Source: Haliotis rubra (taxonomy: Eukaryota). Taken from it: a stretch of 64,000 nucleotides of DNA. Below, piece by piece: positions 1 through 12,283 of this stretch; position 1 is the stretch's first letter, and each line of letters opens with the position of its first letter. The translations under genes were made by a program, and so were the position numbers. The stretch lies in assembly GCF_003918875.1 (NCBI RefSeq), contig NW_025767033.1, forward strand, positions 248,001 through 312,000. Reading direction: 5' to 3'. Under the pieces are notes generated by a model. It was not told the DNA's origin. It searched no databases and was given only the letters and a program-made list of their open reading frames with translations.

Positions 1-544
1 TTCCCAGGAGTACTCTCCCCTCCTGACCCTGAAATATCAGCATGATGGACTCGTGTTATGTGAGTTATACCATGCACACACAGTAATAATCACTGTCATA
101 ATCAGGCCCAATCTTGGGTTAGAATCCACACAAGACCAAGGGACATATTCTTTGTGCCCATATACTGCAATTTTCTTTTAGCAAATATCGTCAAAACTTG
201 ACAACTCCATCAACAAATCTCTAGCATCTCTATATGCTTATAACTCATGTAAGTCAATATTTCGTATCATTCTTGAAATTACAGTGAAAGTTTCTATGAA
301 ACTACATTCTTTTTTTCATAACATTAAGCCCTTTTTAAGTCCTGTGCAATTTTATGTAGTCTACATTGAACAATGTCAAAGTTAACAACTTATTAAGTTG
401 TTATGAACCCTGCAGTTGAAAGTCAAAAGAGCAATGAAGTCTATAAAAGTATATTTGGATGCCAAGGTGTCCTTATCATAAACCAGAGCTGAAGAATCTG
501 TTATCCCCAAAAATGAAATAACATCACGACTACAGACACAAATC

Positions 545-3500
545 TCAGTAGCTGCTGTAGGTGATGGACTCCTTACTTGTGAATCTCTTCAGCAAATGTT
601 GTATATCCCCATCTGCTTCCCCCTCCGTACCTCTGTTCTCTGTGTCTGGAGATGAAGATGAGATGCATAAAAGTGACTGATCACATAATGGTGGAAAGGT
701 CCCAAGTGCAAATTGACTGATATATTGATTGATATACTGCCTTGAGACATATTGACAGATCAAGCTGATTGATACATACTGATCTATATAGCTTGCACTA
801 GAACAGCATAGTATAACATGGAGCATCACCTGTTTGTTCCACAGTCTCATCAGCAGCATCTGTAGCTTGTCTTCCTTCAGATGATGCCTCTGTAAGCAGG
901 ATCAGGTTACATAGTTAGCAAAGGCACTCATGCACAGGTCATGAACCTTACCTACTTGCTTTTGAGCTGTGGTGAGGTGAGGTGAGACGAGACGAGGTGA
1001 AGTTTGGTGAGGTGATGTGAAGTGATGGGAGGGAACAGGAAGAGAATGAAGGGCAGAGGAGGATTGGTTTGCCAAATGTTTGAGATTCCACTGGCTCTTA
1101 AGATACTCTGGGGCCGTGGGGTAGCCTAATGGTTAAAGCGTTGGCTCGTCACGCCGAAGACCCGGGTTCGAATCCCTACATGGGTACAATGTGTGAAGCC
1201 CATTTCTGGTGTCCCCCACCGTGATGTTGATGGAATATCTTAAGATACTTTAAACACTAACAGAACTTGTCAAGCTAGCAGACCAGAGCTCATTTACCTC
1301 TGTGAAGCAACATGTGCCAGGTACTACCCCAAATAGTGACAACATACAGCAGTACTCCTCAAAATGTCTGAATTTCCTCAGACCCTTGGATTCATATAAC
1401 ACTAACAGAAGTTCCCAGAGTTAGGTTAATTTCTATCCCTGAAGTTCATGCATAGAGTAGAGCTTGTTCAACATCATGGAGTCATAAATATAACTTTGAT
1501 TAGCTTACTAAGAATAGATAAGTGTGTATGTCACTATTACTCCAAAGTACAACTCAATGCAAGAAAACCCTGGAGCTCATTGCAACAAACTGGAGAGTGA
1601 GAAAAACGGTCTCATACTCACACACAATCACATGGTTTATGACCAATATCTCAACTGAGGATTCAGACTGCAACTGCTTCTCATCAACCTACACTGGTTG
1701 TACGAAGCAGCTTAAGAAATCACGTAGTCAGGATTGGTGACATGGTTGATTGTAAGTCATCATACCACCATGGCTTGGATTGTTATTCAAAATATCAGTA
1801 ACAGGATTGCATATTTCTGACTTGACCATTGACAGGCCACCCTCATACAGCCGGAATACTACTGAGAGCAGTGTTAAACAAAAAACAAAAAGTATTTAGT
1901 TCTGGCAGTTCCTCACCTTCAAGATGTTTCCTCCGATGACTGATGAGGCTAGCCATGCCCCTCATCTTCTCTCCACACTTCCTGCAGGTAAACACACTCG
2001 GCTGTCTCCTATGAGTTGTTGCACGGTGATATTTCAATGCTTTGAATGATTTAAACTGATGACCACATGTCTTACAACTGTGCTGATGGACAATATTATG
2101 CTTGATCTTACAGTGTCGTGTGAGGAAACGCTGAAACACAAACCCCTCCCCACACTGCCCACACAGGAAAGGCTTCGTACCAGCATGTTCTCGGAGATGG
2201 TTCGTCAAGCCAGCTCTATATTTAAACGTCCGACCACAAACCTCGCACATGTTGCTTGAACTGTTTGTATGGGAAGTTTTATGGAATGTCAGCCCTCGTT
2301 CAGACACACATCTAAACCCACACACATCACATTTAAACGGCCTGTCCTCTGCATGAGATTCATAATGAGCTTTCAAATCTGTTTTCAAATCAAACTTGTC
2401 CATACAGTACCTACACGAGAATTTCCGTTTTTCTGGATTCTTTTTTTATGATTCCTTTGCTACCAATGGGCACATTACTTGGACTTAAAGGCACCTTTTG
2501 CTGTGCAGCCAAATTTTCATGAATTTCTAAATGCTTATCGAGCAATTTTTTATGGGGAAATGTCCGAGGACATAAATGGCACTTCTGTCTGTTCGCAGAG
2601 TGTAATGCCATGTGTCGTTTAGCATGGATAAACTGGTTAAACTTCTTATCACACACTACACATGAATATGGCTTTTCCTGCGTGTGTATTTTCATGTGTC
2701 GCGTGAGGGAGCTCCTTTGGGCAAATCTTTTGCCACATGTTCCACACTTCTCTGGCTTGAAGCAGTTATGGGTTTCCATGTGAGTCTTGAGCAAGAATGG
2801 TTTGGAGAATCCTTTGCCACAGATGTCACATTTACACCTCTCCTGTCTCGATTTGTCATGCTTCAGACAATGCTCCTTGTAGCTCTGAATTTTGCTGTAG
2901 GATTTCTCACACAAATTACACTGGTACACCTTATCAGAAATAACAGCAGTCTTGCCTTGCGTTGGTGTTACTGCGATTTTCTCTAATAATTCCTTTTCTT
3001 CCTCTTTGGAGATAAAATCCTTTTTTATTTCTGTCAAATATTTCTCAGCATCTGTAAATATGAAAAGTAGCTTTAATTCAAATCTGAAAAATCTAGTTAT
3101 TACTGTGTAACTATTAGACTTGACAACATAAATCATTTGCAAGATAGAAAATATATAATTTTCATGGAGAGCATGTCCAGATAAGTGAATTCATATCGGA
3201 TCAAACACCTTCTTTTACGTTTCAAACAGATACATTTGGTTACACTATTTGGATTCTCAGTCCAGCCAAAACATAACACTGAAATTCCAGCCGACTTTGA
3301 CGAGGATGGAAACTGGAGGTTCGTACTAAATCACAGTCAGTGAACTCCCTTGTCTCGGGTAGATGATGAAAGAACAAAGGCAAAATGGGGTTCACTTTGT
3401 GCAAGAGTGTTTGTTTTAGTGTCTGCCAGACTAATGCCGGTTCTGTAGTGCTAGCACACTGAGATATCAACCCGTGACGATCTGTGTTAGAAATGTAAGT

Positions 3501-5951
3501 GTTGCTTCGCTGCTTTTTGTTATGCTTTAAGGAATATATAAGAAAAGAACCGCTTGGTTCAGAGTCAGTATACTGTGTCAAATGGGGTATGCATGTTAAA
3601 ACTACAGTGCGATGTCTCAGTGGTTGTTGTTGTTGGTTTGTAGGTAAACGCCGCACTCAGCAATATTCCACCTGTATGGCGGCGGTCTGTAAATAATTGA
3701 GTCTGGACCAGACAACCCAGTGATCAATAACATGAGCATCAATCTACGCAATTGGGATACAATGACATGCGTTAACCAAGTCAGCAAGCCAGACCACCCG
3801 ATCCCGTTAGTCGCTTCTCACGGCAAGTATCGGTTGCTGAAGACCAATTCTAACATATTTTGGTATGACACGGCCAGGGTTTGGACTACTGACCTTCCAC
3901 TCCCTGGACAGATGCTCTATCCACTAGGCCACCGAGGCAGTCCCTAAGTAACCATAACAAAGGTCTGTGTATGACTGAGAGAACATTTTTACCTGTATTG
4001 CTGTCACCAATGGGTGGTTGTTGACTTGCAGTTTCGGGCCAACACAGTGATCTCATTTGCCTCTTGTTGAATCTCGGACAAGTGCAGCATCTGGTCCGTG
4101 GTCACCACGATCACCTGTTCCTCATCTACCAACTGCTCGTATACCACCAGGGAACCTGTTTCCCCGGCAACACCAGCAATGGCTTGTAGAGCTTCCAGAG
4201 CTGATGATGTTTCAGCCGATGCCGCATCCTGGTTGTCAGACGGTGCATGGTGAGTTGTTCCTGGATAGGGTGGCAGGGCAATTTTTCTCACAGTTGGTTC
4301 ATTGGTAGTGAGGGTCATGTCACTGCTTATACTGAAAGAGTAGTCTCCCCCTGCCTGAGGCGTAGAGGGAAGGTCATGGACGATGATGTCAACTTGAGTG
4401 TCCTCTGTGGCCCCTGGGATATGTACTGGACTTCCTCGGACACAACAGGTCCATCAGTCGGGTCCAGGGGTGGATCTGGTTCAAGAGGTGGATCTGTTGA
4501 GAAGTCTTGACAGGCCTGAAACATCATGGCATGAAATTAGTACCGATAGGTACTAGATTTATCTAGAAAATCGTCCAAATCTCCAGCAGGTGTCAGTATT
4601 ACATACCAAACTGGAACTAAATATTTCCAAGTTCAAGCTATTATCATGATTATAGTCTGATCCTGTGAGTGAGTTAGTGAGTGAGTGAGAGTGAGTTTTG
4701 TTTTAAGCCACACTCAGCAATATTCCAGCGGTCCATAAATAATCGATTCTGGACCAGACAATCCAGTGATCACCTTTTGTGGCAAGAAGTTAAAAGCGGT
4801 AATTCATTGCTTTTTCAATGAACTGTTCTAAAATTCATGATAGTGTTCCCCTTAGCTACTAGGGAAATGATACAAAATTCAACCTGATGCACTTTGATGA
4901 CCTAATCACCTCTTTCAACATATTTTTATGCTAGCAAGTATTAGGTTACTAGTACTACAGTTAGAAGAAAATAGTCACAAATCTTACATAACTTGACATT
5001 GACAAATACTGTGAGAGTATATATTCCAGGTAATGCCAACTCACTAGTGTCTTTGAGAACAGGTTCCTGTACTCCTCCGTGTTGATTCTGGTCTCTATAC
5101 AGGAGAGATCTTCCAGGATCTTCTGAGTCACCACGCCACACTGACAGTGTCGAAGTAGTGGCCCACATCTACGGATGAACTTGTCCTGGGACAAACAGGC
5201 ATTTAATGACAATATCATACATATATAAGTTAAGCATGTACAGTCATTGTAATCATGGTAATCATTAGTTCTTGAGGTGAGGTGAGATGAGATGAGGTGA
5301 GGTGAGGTGAAATTGGGTTTTACGTACTGCTTGAGAATATTTCACTCATATGACCATCGTGCAATATGTATGTGTATGTCAGCAACTATCCCAGACTTAA
5401 GCTGGTTTTATAGTGCTAGCTCACTGAGATACCATGCCGCAGTGAAGCATGAATACCCCACTCAGACACAGTATACTGACTCCGAGCCGACCAGTCCTTG
5501 TTGTACCCATTAATGCCGAGCGCCAGGCAGGGACCAACAAGTACCATTTTTAACGCCTTTTTGAGTATGAGCCGGGGATCGAACCCGCCTTCCGCTCACC
5601 GGGCGGACGGTCTAACCACTACACCACGGAGGTGGTCCATTAGTTCTTGAAGGACACATACTTAAACTGTAATGAAACTTTCAAATGGTATGTTATCACT
5701 AACTGCTTAATTGAAAATGATGGTGTCACACCAGAAATGGGCTTCATAATGTCAGCTAAGGGGAAATGAACCCAGGTCTTCAATGAGGCAAGCTAATGAT
5801 TCAAACAGTAGGATAGCCCACTACCTGCTGAATGTACACATATTAGGCTGTGTTATTAGGTAATCAGAAATATTTCAGTGAGGATTACCTTCTCTTGACA
5901 ATTTCGGATTAGATAGTCATTGATCAGTTGGAGCTCTGACAAGGAATCCAT
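545..5951 (-). CDS. C2H2 zinc-finger protein A (11 fingers, ~673 aa if repaired) with an unassigned N-terminal Cys module; carries 3 single-base frameshifts (assembly error or pseudogene)
   Basis: Coding exons 5951-5889 (MDSLSELQLINDYLIRNCQEK), 5185-5045, 4515-3993, 3051-1917, 889-830, 645-545. All introns are GT-AG with matching phases (0,0,1,1,1). Exon 4 has 11 CxxC...HxxxH fingers with TGEKP-like linkers. The frame breaks at homopolymers 4411-4414, 4036-4038 and 2441-2447. Confidence 0.85.
1110..1238 (+). mobile_element. tRNA-derived SINE family 1, 3'-truncated copy
   Basis: A box (TAGCCTAATGG) and B box (GGTTCGAATCC); TSD TCTTAAGATACT. Confidence 0.9.
3622..3855 (-). mobile_element. SINE-like family 2 (non-tRNA head)
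   Basis: ~240-bp repeat sharing the GCTGGAATATTGCT...GCGGCGT tail with family 1. Confidence 0.85.
5275..5637 (-). mobile_element. tRNA-derived SINE family 3 (V-SINE-like body, (CACCT)n tail)
   Basis: tRNA head with A/B boxes; TSD CATTAGTTCTTGA. Confidence 0.85.
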
Positions 5952-6899
5952 GCTTCAGATGTCATCAATAATACACTTGTTTATTCATTACAAGCTGAAA
6001 TAGAAAGTTAAACTTAAACATGAATGATATCTGAACTTTGAGGAGAGAAACCCTAAGACCAGTCACGTTATTTGTGGTGAAAGATAGTTTCACAATGCAT
6101 TCAAGGCTAGTGCACTTATATAACGAAGAGTGTGGAAATCTGCTTGAAGTAGTCAAGACATGCCAGTTTTAGAGTATCAACCCACACAGATACCATGCCA
6201 CCATTTAACACTAATGCCCCTGCTCAGACATAGTATAACGACTCTGAGCTGACCAATCATGCAAGGCATGATAACAACAAGTACTGGGTTTTAATGTCTT
6301 CTGGTCTGATAGTACAGACCACGAAACTTCTCTACTCTGAGCAGACACTCTATCCATTACACTGACTGACACAATAGCAACATCACGGTGGGGACAGTGT
6401 CAAGCATTGTAAGAATCCTGGTCTTCGGCTGAGCCACTGAGAATGAGTACATGTATGTTTTGCAGTACAAGTGAAGAAAAAACTGATAACTTTTTGTTAT
6501 GAAAATCATGTGTAATGTATTTCAAACATGATCATGAAGCAAAATTCATCAGTACAAAGGAGCAACGGACAACTGGATGTGCATGTGGATATTAGAAACA
6601 TAAAATGATGTAATAATGCTGGAATACAAAAACATCAAAGAAAACTGATACTAAACTGTACCAATACATAGCTGCATTTTCATAAAACAACATAAAAACA
6701 TTTACAGAAAGTAGCCTCACTGAGAATGTGTGAAGAACAGGTGCAGACACTAAACCTAGACCATGTAGACTGTTGGACCCCATCGCGGCCCAGACTATTA
6801 GACTGATATTAGTGTATAATCTTATTGAAAGTGCCAAGTAAAAACAAAATTGAGCGACATATAAACTATAATATTTACTTTTAAACATGTAGTGGTTTA

Positions 6900-7450
6900 T
6901 AACCACGCAAAGGTGTTCTATACTTCGTGTACAATACCTGCAACAACCGCATGGACCTTTTATTACAAATGCCAGAAATGTAAGCGGAAGTTATCGTTTG
7001 GAGCAGAGCAGGTGCGCGATAAATATTCATCGAAGGAGGTTTTCAGGTCTTGTTAAACTATTAGCTTTGTGAGAAGGATACATGGTGGAGATTTATAATA
7101 CTTGAAATATCTATATTTTCCCAGATTGTTCATGGACATTTATGATTTTATCCAACAATATATTTGGTGCGTGCCTACTTGGATACTGTCTTCCGGTTAT
7201 AAAACCTTCATCGTTTGTTAAAAGTTGAATAGAAAAATCATACGTTGTGACATTCACGCTCCTATATTGGATTATGTTTATTTTTTGAAGACACGCGTCT
7301 TAGGTTTCTTGTTTGTTTCCTATGTATTCCGCATATGGGCAAGTGGATATGGAAAAGTGTTGTCATGGACGGTTCAGTATGTTGCTATTTCAGACGCCAT
7401 GCTCTGTCAATTATGGTTACGTGTGTTTAAGAATGGCGATGAAAATATAT
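6900..7450. promoter_or_regulatory. Probable bidirectional promoter between the divergent ZNF genes
   Basis: The start codons are 1.6 kb apart. The region is locally CpG-richer, with ETS-type motifs GCGGAAGT (6984-6991) and CTTCCGG (7190-7196) in opposite orientations and a YY1-like AATGGCG at ~7432. Confidence 0.5.
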
Positions 7451-7548
7451 TTTGAGCACTTTTAAAGAAGCAGTTATACTCATAGTATTGTAAATACAAC
7501 AGCAGAGAAGCGATGCATCTAACTAATAATTGCTTTACCTGGTGAGAG

Positions 7549-10500
7549 ATGGACCTAGGGGAGAGATACGATCGACTCATTGCAAAATGTGTTGAAAAGG
7601 TAAAGTTTTAACATTTTAATTTTATTTTAAGTATTTCTCTTGCAAGCCTGCCATTAAACCAATTGCATTTCCTAACAGTTTTGTGTACCACCGCAATATA
7701 GCTGGAATATTGCTTGGTGCAGCGTAAAGCTCGCTTGCTCACTCACTCACTCACGTCAGCATAGTCAAGTTCTTGTTCCTTGAGGAAAGAGTAACTTTAT
7801 AATAATGGGTAGCCCAGTAAGGCTGAAGGGGTCGTCGGCACAGGTACTACAGATACGTACCCCAGGTACGCTTCTGTATACAGATATGTACCCTAAACAA
7901 AGTCAAAATACAGAAATGTACCCGATACCCTAAAAGGCAGACGAGTCCATATTCCGCAATCCAAAACCGAAACTGCATGTAGTTCAACTGATTGCGAGTG
8001 GTATTCATATGCATTGCGAATATCCGTTACTGTGTATTCTCATTACTTACATAAAGCAATCAAATGTATCTAATACAACAGCATGACAGTTCCGATCAAG
8101 AATATGACACAATGGGAATGGAATCGTCCTAGGGTACGTTTCTGTATTCTCATTATGGCCAGGGTACGTTTCTGTATACAGAAACGTACCTGGGGTACAT
8201 ATCTGTAGTATCCGTGCTACAACGACCCCTTCAGCCCCAGTAAGGGTATAGGTGTTTGCTTGTATGCTAATTACAAAAATGTACATAATACAACTCACCT
8301 GGTCTATTTGCATCATATGCAAAGGGGGCGGTGGGGTAGCCTAGTGGTTAAAGCGTTGGCTTATCACACCAAAGACCCGGGTTCGAATCCCCACATGGGT
8401 ACAATGTGTGAATCCCATTTCTGGTGTTCCCCCGCCGTGATGTTGCTGGAATATTGCTAAAAGCGGCGTAAAACCAAACTCAGTCAGTCAGTCATATGCA
8501 AAGGAGAGTGAGTGAGTAAGTATCGTTGTATGCCGCTTTTAACAATATTCCACCAATATCTCAGTAGGGGACACCCGAAATGGGTTTCACACATTGTACC
8601 CATGTGGGGAATCGAACCCGGGGTCTTCAGTGTGATCACTACAACAGTCAACAGGGTAACAATCAGGCTACCCCACCGTCCCACATGCTGAAGAAACTAG
8701 TTTGGGACACATGCTGCTGAAAATGCCTGTTTACATATAGAGGTAAACAGTTCAAGTCAATGTATTTTAACTTAAGGAGAACATTTATATTGTCAGAATT
8801 TCTGAGAGAATATGTTTTATGATAGTATCCCAAGAAAACAAAAAATCATCCATGGTATGCAGTGGTTTGTTTGTAAGTTTCTTAGATATTGTTTATCTTT
8901 CATATATTATCACGATTATGATTTATGGATTTGTCTTATTCAATAATATTTCAGGACAAGTATATCCGGCGCCTGGGAAATGTACTGAGAGGCTGTCGTT
9001 GTGGTATTGTCACAGAAATGCTGCTTGATGAACTATGTTTGACTGAATCTGACCTGGAGAAAAACGAATACCTGCAGCTTCTGTCTCCTTTTGTACACAG
9101 CCAAACACGAGTTAGCCTACAGGTGACTATATCTTCACCTCTTCGGTTTGAGTTTAGTAATGTAATCCCTTTATGTTTTTTAAAAGAAGTTCAGCATTGG
9201 TAACTAACTTTTTCTTGTGCACTTAAAAATGGCAATTTTTTACTTTTTTGTTGGGCACTTTGGCAAGGACAATAGGACCAGTAGCAAGTTCTATTGCTGG
9301 CAGTTATCAGATGTTGATCCTGGTACTTTTTCAGCATATTATCTAGTAAAAACTATTATAAAATATAAGATTATAACATTCTTTGAGTGGCATTTTAGAA
9401 TTCGGGAAGTACAATATAGAACAAACTTTATGGATAACAACTTCTTTTTATTCGTGCTTGACAACGTACAAGAATCTGTATCGAAACGTCGCACTCACAA
9501 ATAAAAAGAAGTTGGTATCCATAAAGTTTGTTCTATATAAGATTATAACATTTCATTTCATATTGTATTAGCTCTTCAATGTCAGCTTGCTAATCCAGTT
9601 ATCATGTTGTTGTCAAAATTTATTTCTCAGTCTTTTGTTGAAATATTTACAGCCTAAGTTTAATTTTCAGTGAATGAAGTAATATGGCATTTTGACATTC
9701 ATCTTGTTCTTTCTTCTTCTAAATCACGTTAATGATTTGAAATTTTTACTGACATTTGCTGCAGACTTTTGACTGAATACTGGATTTTTATAATGTTTAC
9801 TTAGTCCTTAGAAACGAGAGGCATACCTAGTCCATATTTGTCATTTTCACAGTGTAAAATGAATACATTGCAGGGAGATGTGAGTGCCAGCGAGAAGTAC
9901 CCTATAGTATCTGTACATAACAACTCTCCAGTGAACAATGTTGTACCCTGGGTGCAAGTCACAGCTCTCACTGCATTGTCTGCTGAACTGGCAGCTAAAC
10001 AAGATGACCGACTTCACCAACAACCAACCGAAGCATATCACAGGAATGATCGAGATGACACACATTTTATCTCAGTATCAGACAACAGGTCATTCCCAAC
10101 TCAAACTACACATGACGTCACAGAAAACTTTGCTGACAGACCCAACATAGAATCTGAACACAGCTATGCCAATGGATCGGAAATATCAGATCCAGGATCA
10201 CAGTACGTTCCTCAAGGCATCATCAGTCTTCCAGAGTCCAACCATTTCAACAGAGTCAGTATTAATGGAGTAAACGAGGAGTATCAGCCCCAGCATGTAC
10301 ACGGGGAGGGTGGGGACAGGCCGCATACCACCGTAGAGGAATCGGGGGGAAGGTATGTTACCACGAACAGTCAATACCCTGAGGCCACAGCGATGAGTGA
10401 TACAGACCACAGTGATCGATTCATCAGCCGGCAGAGTTCAGAAACGGGAAACTTATTGAATAATTTGACTGATTTAGCATATCAAAATTTTGTGGACAAT

Positions 10501-12283
10501 GTCCCATTTTCACCCGTGTCCCCAGCAGAGTCAAGCTCTGAGATCTTCAACCTGCAGCCTCCAGTAATTCCGATACAGGTGACAGACAACAGAGTGCAGC
10601 ACTTACCAGGTAGGGTTTGTTCTTTGTTTGTGAAACATCTTTACACCACACTCAGCTATATTCCAGCTGTGTGATGCTGTCTGTAAATAATCAAATCTTG
10701 GTTGATATCTTTAACAGATTCAGACAATTGAGATACAGCTTAACCATTCAACCAGCCTATCCTACATACTCACTCACCAGCCTGATTGTCACAGACATAT
10801 TTCTGATATTGATGAGACACACCTATGAAATACATTGACCACTCAGAATCAGCAAACTGATCCCCCCACCGCATCATACCAAAAGACGTTAAAATATGGT
10901 ACTTGTTGATCCCTGCCTGGCTGCATGGACTGGTCGCCCCAGAGTCTGTATAATGTGTCTGAGGGGGTAAAATATCTCATTGGGCTAGCACTATAAAACC
11001 AGCTTAAGTCTGGGCTAGTACAAGCAGCCGCATTACATACACATTATTGACACGCATGCACGCGTGACGTGAAAATCCAATTTCACCTCACCTCACCTCA
11101 GTCAGCATCGTGATCGTATCGTAGCGTGACATAGTGTATCGTCCCAGCCCTAGCTGAAAGGAGTGTATGGGTAGTCTAATGGTTCAGATTTGATTCCTCA
11201 CACCTGGAACATTGCAAAAGGTGGCATAAACCCAACTCACTCACTCATGCTTAAACAAATTTTCTTTCAATTTTAGCTGTACAAAAACCTTCAGAGTCAC
11301 AAGATCAGGTGGAAGTAAGACCGAAGATTACTTCCCACAAGTCTAAGTATCGATGTGATGTGTGTGGAAAATGCTTTGCTAAGCCATCAAAACTAAATGA
11401 ACACGTCCGAGTCCACACTGGAGAGAAACCTTTCAGATGTCCCACCTGCCAGAAGTGTTTTGCCCAGTCGGGTACCCTGAAGTACCACATGAGAATCCAC
11501 TCTGGAGAGAAGCCGTTCACATGCGCAGATTGTGGCAAGACATTCACACAGCCGGGGCAGCTGTCGTCACACGCACTCATCCATCAAGAAAAGTCCCATA
11601 AGTGCCAGTTGTGTAAGAAAAGCTTCACAGAAGAACTGTTACTGGAACGCCACATGAAAATCCACAAAAAGGAACGCCCCCATAAATGTGACAAATGTGG
11701 AAAGTGTTTTCTCCACTCAGGTAATCTCGTCATTCACAAACCGAAGTGTTGTGGGGCAGATGAAGAACTGAAATGTAAGGAGTGTGGGAAGGTGTTCCAG
11801 TCTCGGGACGATCTAGAAGATCACGATGAAGATCATTCGAAAAACAAGCCCCATCAATGTGAAATTTGTTTGAAGAGATACAAACAGGCAATAAGCCTTT
11901 GTAAGCACCGGAGTTCCCACGTGGAGCTCAAACAGAAGCTGCATATGTGTGAGCTGTGTGGGCAGTGTTACAGTAAACCCAGCCTACTGAAAATACACTT
12001 GAGGATCCACACAGGTGAGAAACCTTTCATGTGTGATTTGTGTGGCAAGTTTCACGGCTCTGCAAACAATCTTCGACGTCACATGCTGTCCCACACAGGG
12101 GAACGTAATTTCAAGTGTAAGGATTGTGGGAAGGACTTCTCAACTGCACATAATCTGGAGTACCACTCTCGTGTTCATTCTGGTTTAAAGCCATTTAAAT
12201 GTGACATTTGTGGAAAGGGTTTTCCCTTTTCCTTCAGTCTAGACCGTCATATGCGGACTCATAAGAACGCTCATCGTACATGA
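7549..12283 (+). CDS. C2H2 zinc-finger protein B (~660 aa, 11 fingers incl. one C2HC) with the same N-terminal module
   Basis: Exons 7549-7599 (MDLGERYDRLIAKCVEK|gtaaag), 8955-9122 (tcag|DKYIRRLG...|gtgact), 9853-10609 (acidic/Ser-rich linker), 11277-12283 (fingers with HTGEKPF linkers). Phases 0,0,1 are consistent and the frame is open. Confidence 0.92.
7822..8235. mobile_element. MITE, Mutator-type
   Basis: ~75-bp imperfect TIRs (GCTGAAGGGGTCGT.../...ACGACCCCTTCAGC) and a perfect 9-bp TSD CCCAGTAAG. Confidence 0.88.
8324..8680. mobile_element. Two SINE family 1 copies, tail-to-tail (8324-8490 plus; 8507-8680 minus)
   Basis: tRNA heads with A/B boxes; TSD TCATATGCAAAGG around the first copy. 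Confidence 0.9.
9381..9535. mobile_element. Penelope-like non-autonomous insert with inverted arms and a hammerhead-like core
   Basis: TSD TATAAGATTATAACATT, ~39-bp inverted repeat, core TTGACAA...GAAAC. Confidence 0.7.
10868..11100 (+). mobile_element. SINE family 3, 5'-truncated/degenerate
   Basis: Similarity to 53910-54188. Confidence 0.75.

Noticed and set aside
2411-2447. Programmed ribosomal frameshift in ZNF-A
   Set aside because: Two more indels occur in the same gene, all in homopolymers; error or decay is the simpler explanation.
8484-8684. Recurrent short ORFs such as GRWGSL.VKAL... and MLMLLITGLSG...
   Set aside because: These are translations of SINE copies, not genes.
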